60,935 nt of DNA from IMG/VR virus record IMGVR_UViG_3300018420_000018, positions 1-60,935 of that record; one strand, written 5' to 3'. Source of the DNA: a virus. Lineage: Duplodnaviria > Caudoviricetes. This document shows, one piece after another, positions 58,604 through 60,935 of this stretch. The notes under the pieces were generated by a model, which made no database searches, had not been told where the DNA came from, and worked only from the letters and a program-made list of their open reading frames with translations. The position numbers and the translations under genes are program-made. Position 1 is the first letter of the stretch, and each line of letters begins with the position of its first letter.

Positions 58604-59494
58604 CTAGTCTTGTGCTAGTTTCTTAAAGTAATCCATCGCATCCTCATCCTCAGATGGTGAGGTTGATTCTGCTGATGAGATTACAGGTTCGTCTGCAACA
58701 GACTCAGTGTTGACATTAGACCATGGCACTTCTTCCAAGTCTTCTGCAACAGATTCTGCTGTAGATGTACTTACTGAACCAGTTAATCCAAGTACTCTAT
58801 CGAGTTTCTCTTTGAGTTCCTCGTAAGTTTTGAATTCACTTGGTGCAATAATGTCTGTTAAAGAATAAGCAGAACTAAATGTTTCGTTCAACTTATCTTC
58901 GTCTTCAAACAACGGTGCGACACTATCGAACTCTGACTTGTCATAGTTCCAGTATCCATCAACCTTTCTGATTTTGATTTTGAAGTTTGCACCTTCTCTC
59001 AAATCGAAAGGATTGATTGCAGCTTCATCTTCAAATGCAGGTGAGATTGCTTCTTTGAGTTGTTCAAAGATTTTCTTACCATATTTATAAAGGAAGACCT
59101 TTCCTTCATTATCAGGATTTTTAGGGTCTGAAACAACGTAGACGTTAGAAACATAGTGGAGTCTTCTCTTCTGTTTTCTAGCAATCTCTTTGTTTGCTTC
59201 TATACCAGTATTCCATAACTGAGTATTATATTCAGACACTGGGTCTTTCTTGTTAAGAGTAGTCAAAGACTTCTCTATATACCATCCACCTGGCCCTTGG
59301 AACCCGTGGTCAAAATAACTGACCCAAGGCATTTCTTCGTTTTGTGGGGTTGGTAGAAAACGAACAACTGCAAATCCATTCCCAGTTTTATCTAGTTCAG
59401 GTTTCCAGTATCTATCGTCACTGTAGGACTTTTTTGCACCTTCTGTAGGTGATGCAGATTCCATAGCTGCACGTAATTTATCTAATGATGACAT
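58604..59494 (-). CDS. gp32: Single-stranded DNA-binding protein
   Basis: D.R.WKP..DK.GNG.AV.RFLP, HGFQGPGGWYIE.SLTT, GANFK.KI, NYDKSEF; acidic tail. Confidence 0.97.
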   Translation of the reverse strand: MSSLDKLRAAMESASPTEGAKKSYSDDRYWKPELDKTGNGFAVVRFLPTPQNEEMPWVSYFDHGFQGPGGWYIEKSLTTLNKKDPVSEYNTQLWNTGIEANKEIARKQKRRLHYVSNVYVVSDPKNPDNEGKVFLYKYGKKIFEQLKEAISPAFEDEAAINPFDLREGANFKIKIRKVDGYWNYDKSEFDSVAPLFEDEDKLNETFSSAYSLTDIIAPSEFKTYEELKEKLDRVLGLTGSVSTSTAESVAEDLEEVPWSNVNTESVADEPVISSAESTSPSEDEDAMDYFKKLAQD

Positions 59495-59581
59495 TGTATT
59501 CTCCTATTGTATTACATTGTATCGCATTATATCAAGACTCCGAAGAGTCCACCACTCACTATTTTCATAATAAGAACATTC

Positions 59582-59611
59582 ATTATACTCTATTTTTACT
59601 CTCTATGTCTA
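59582..59611 (-). promoter_or_regulatory. Sigma70-like promoter upstream of gp32
   Basis: TAGACA-N18-TATAAT; a cUUCGg hairpin (59537-59550) and AGGAG SD lie downstream. Confidence 0.55.
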
Positions 59612-59656
59612 GAGGGTTTTTTAAAATAAATGAATATTTTGTAATAGTATTTATGT

Positions 59657-60247
59657 CTACTGACATAACTCTATTGTTTTATTTTTATACTTTTTAAAAT
59701 CAAAATCTATAAATGATTTATACTTTTGAATCTTAATATGTATATCGGGATACACTATCTTTTCAGATATAAGTCTCTCCCAATCGGAACTGAATCCGAT
59801 AATGGAATCCATGATACATAGTGTTTCAAGTGAAACATTTTTTGCCATGTATTCCTTCAAGAGTATTGGATGTTGTCCATTTTTTACTTCCAATACTTTT
59901 TGAATATTTCTTTTAAGTAGGATATCAGAGACTTCTGTTTCATACAGATATGACAATTTTTGTTGTCTCTTCTTCCAGTCTTTATAAACTCGTTCACATT
60001 CATTGTCTAACAAGTCTCCTGCCCAACTATCTTTAAGACTTAGATTTGCAATGTAGAAATCTTGTAAGTCTTGTTTGTATATTTTAAATAATTTACCGAA
60101 ATGAAATTTATCTTTTCTTTTTAAGAAAGAGTTGATGTCACTCTTCACCTTACCATTGTATTTTATAAAGTCGTAATCCTTTGTATAGAAGTGCAACTTT
60201 ATTCCAAGATAAAGAGTGTATGCATCATATCCTTCTCTACTCGTCAT
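59657..60247 (-). CDS. gp59: Helicase loader
   Basis: Y..YL.IKLHF....YDF.KY.GK, F.KRKDK..F.KL, SLET..I. Confidence 0.9.
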   Translation of the reverse strand: MTSREGYDAYTLYLGIKLHFYTKDYDFIKYNGKVKSDINSFLKRKDKFHFGKLFKIYKQDLQDFYIANLSLKDSWAGDLLDNECERVYKDWKKRQQKLSYLYETEVSDILLKRNIQKVLEVKNGQHPILLKEYMAKNVSLETLCIMDSIIGFSSDWERLISEKIVYPDIHIKIQKYKSFIDFDFKKYKNKTIELCQ

Positions 60248-60543
60248 TAAGTTGTGACGATAGTAGGTGTTTTGGATGGAGTGACAATTGAACCAGTTGC
60301 TTCTTGGTAGTGACCTGCAATTTTTTCATTTGTTGGTACCACAAAAATATAATTACTGAATGTGACTGAAGTAGGATTCTCTTCTCCAGTGACTGCAATA
60401 CCTCTTGCAAATCCCATACCACCATCGTCTGCTCTTAGAATCATTCTAGGGTCTTCTAGTGTAAGACCACCCTCTGATGATTTGAACTTACCAACGTATT
60501 CACCACTTTGTGCAATGACCGTGACTATATCATTTACTTCCAT
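60247..60543 (-). CDS. Hypothetical Sm-like fold protein
   Basis: V......GE.VG, L..P, Y...TG.IV.P pattern. Confidence 0.6.
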   Translation of the reverse strand: MEVNDIVTVIAQSGEYVGKFKSSEGGLTLEDPRMILRADDGGMGFARGIAVTGEENPTSVTFSNYIFVVPTNEKIAGHYQEATGSIVTPSKTPTIVTT

Positions 60544-60545
60544 AA

Positions 60546-60785
60546 TTAATCCTCATAAAATCGTGTGATTGTCCCTTGACTAGTCCTACCACGATTGATT
60601 AGGTTTAGTCCTTGTGCTTCTGCTTCTAACTTTTCCTTTAGAGGTGGTGTTAAAAGTCTCTTTGCACTTTCGGGTTCTAAATTGTTATTCTCACATACTT
60701 TAATAATTGCAGACATTACATCTACACCTTTACCACGTGATAGAATTTTTTCAACTTGTTCAGTAAATTCTTTTCTACTTATCAT
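60546..60785 (-). CDS. gp33: Late transcription coactivator
   Basis: F...VE, AI..CE.N.LEPE....L...LKEKL..EA..LNL. Confidence 0.88.
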   Translation of the reverse strand: MISRKEFTEQVEKILSRGKGVDVMSAIIKVCENNNLEPESAKRLLTPPLKEKLEAEAQGLNLINRGRTSQGTITRFYED

Positions 60786-60934
60786 TATATTAAATTTATT
60801 GGAGCGTGTTCTACTTCCTCACCATCATCAAAGTTTTCAATCCAATCCATCATGACTCTATAGTATGCATAGTATGTTGGACTATGTCCATTCATATCCA
60901 TACCTTGTCCATCTTCTGAATAAGGTGTTTCTAA
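60785..60934 (-). CDS. 3' end of a hypothetical gene truncated by the window edge
   Basis: Open frame ...LETPYSEDGQGMDMNGHSPTYYAYYRVMMDWIENFDDGEEVEHAPINLI*; TAATG overlap with gp33. Confidence 0.6.
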   Translation of the reverse strand, partial: LETPYSEDGQGMDMNGHSPTYYAYYRVMMDWIENFDDGEEVEHAPINLI

Positions 60935-60935
60935 G

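Overview
AT-rich 61-kb segment of a large T4-like myovirus, probably aquatic; the host cannot be determined from the sequence. It holds a nearly complete late structural region: head (gp23-22-21-20), tail (gp19, gp18), packaging (gp17, gp16), neck (gp15-14-13), an accessory block of fibre and enzyme genes (about 12.9-31.7 kb), baseplate (VrlC-like, gp8, gp7-like, gp6, gp25, gp5, hub, gp53, gp48), a divergent + strand block (gp4, gp2, gp54-like, gp26, gp51, tape-measure candidate), a phage ribosomal protein bS21, and gp32/gp59/gp33. Main discovery: two gene pairs encode Pro/Tyr/Gln-rich repeat proteins whose repeat architectures are mirror images within each pair. In pair A both arrays are exactly 294 aa, with blocks 4x18, 2x20, 3x18, 4x20, 8, 2x20 in one protein and the reverse order in the other. 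This suggests heterodimeric antiparallel beta-ribbon fibres that dock on a fibre protein and end in a shared, gene-converted tip domain; two 2OG-Fe(II) oxygenases and a glycosyltransferase lie next to pair A. Other signals: a probable -1 frameshift fusing gp26 and gp51, a class of late promoters exactly 5 nt before the ATG (leaderless mRNAs), structured RNA leaders, and apparent GATC avoidance. All product calls come from motif recognition and synteny, not database searches.
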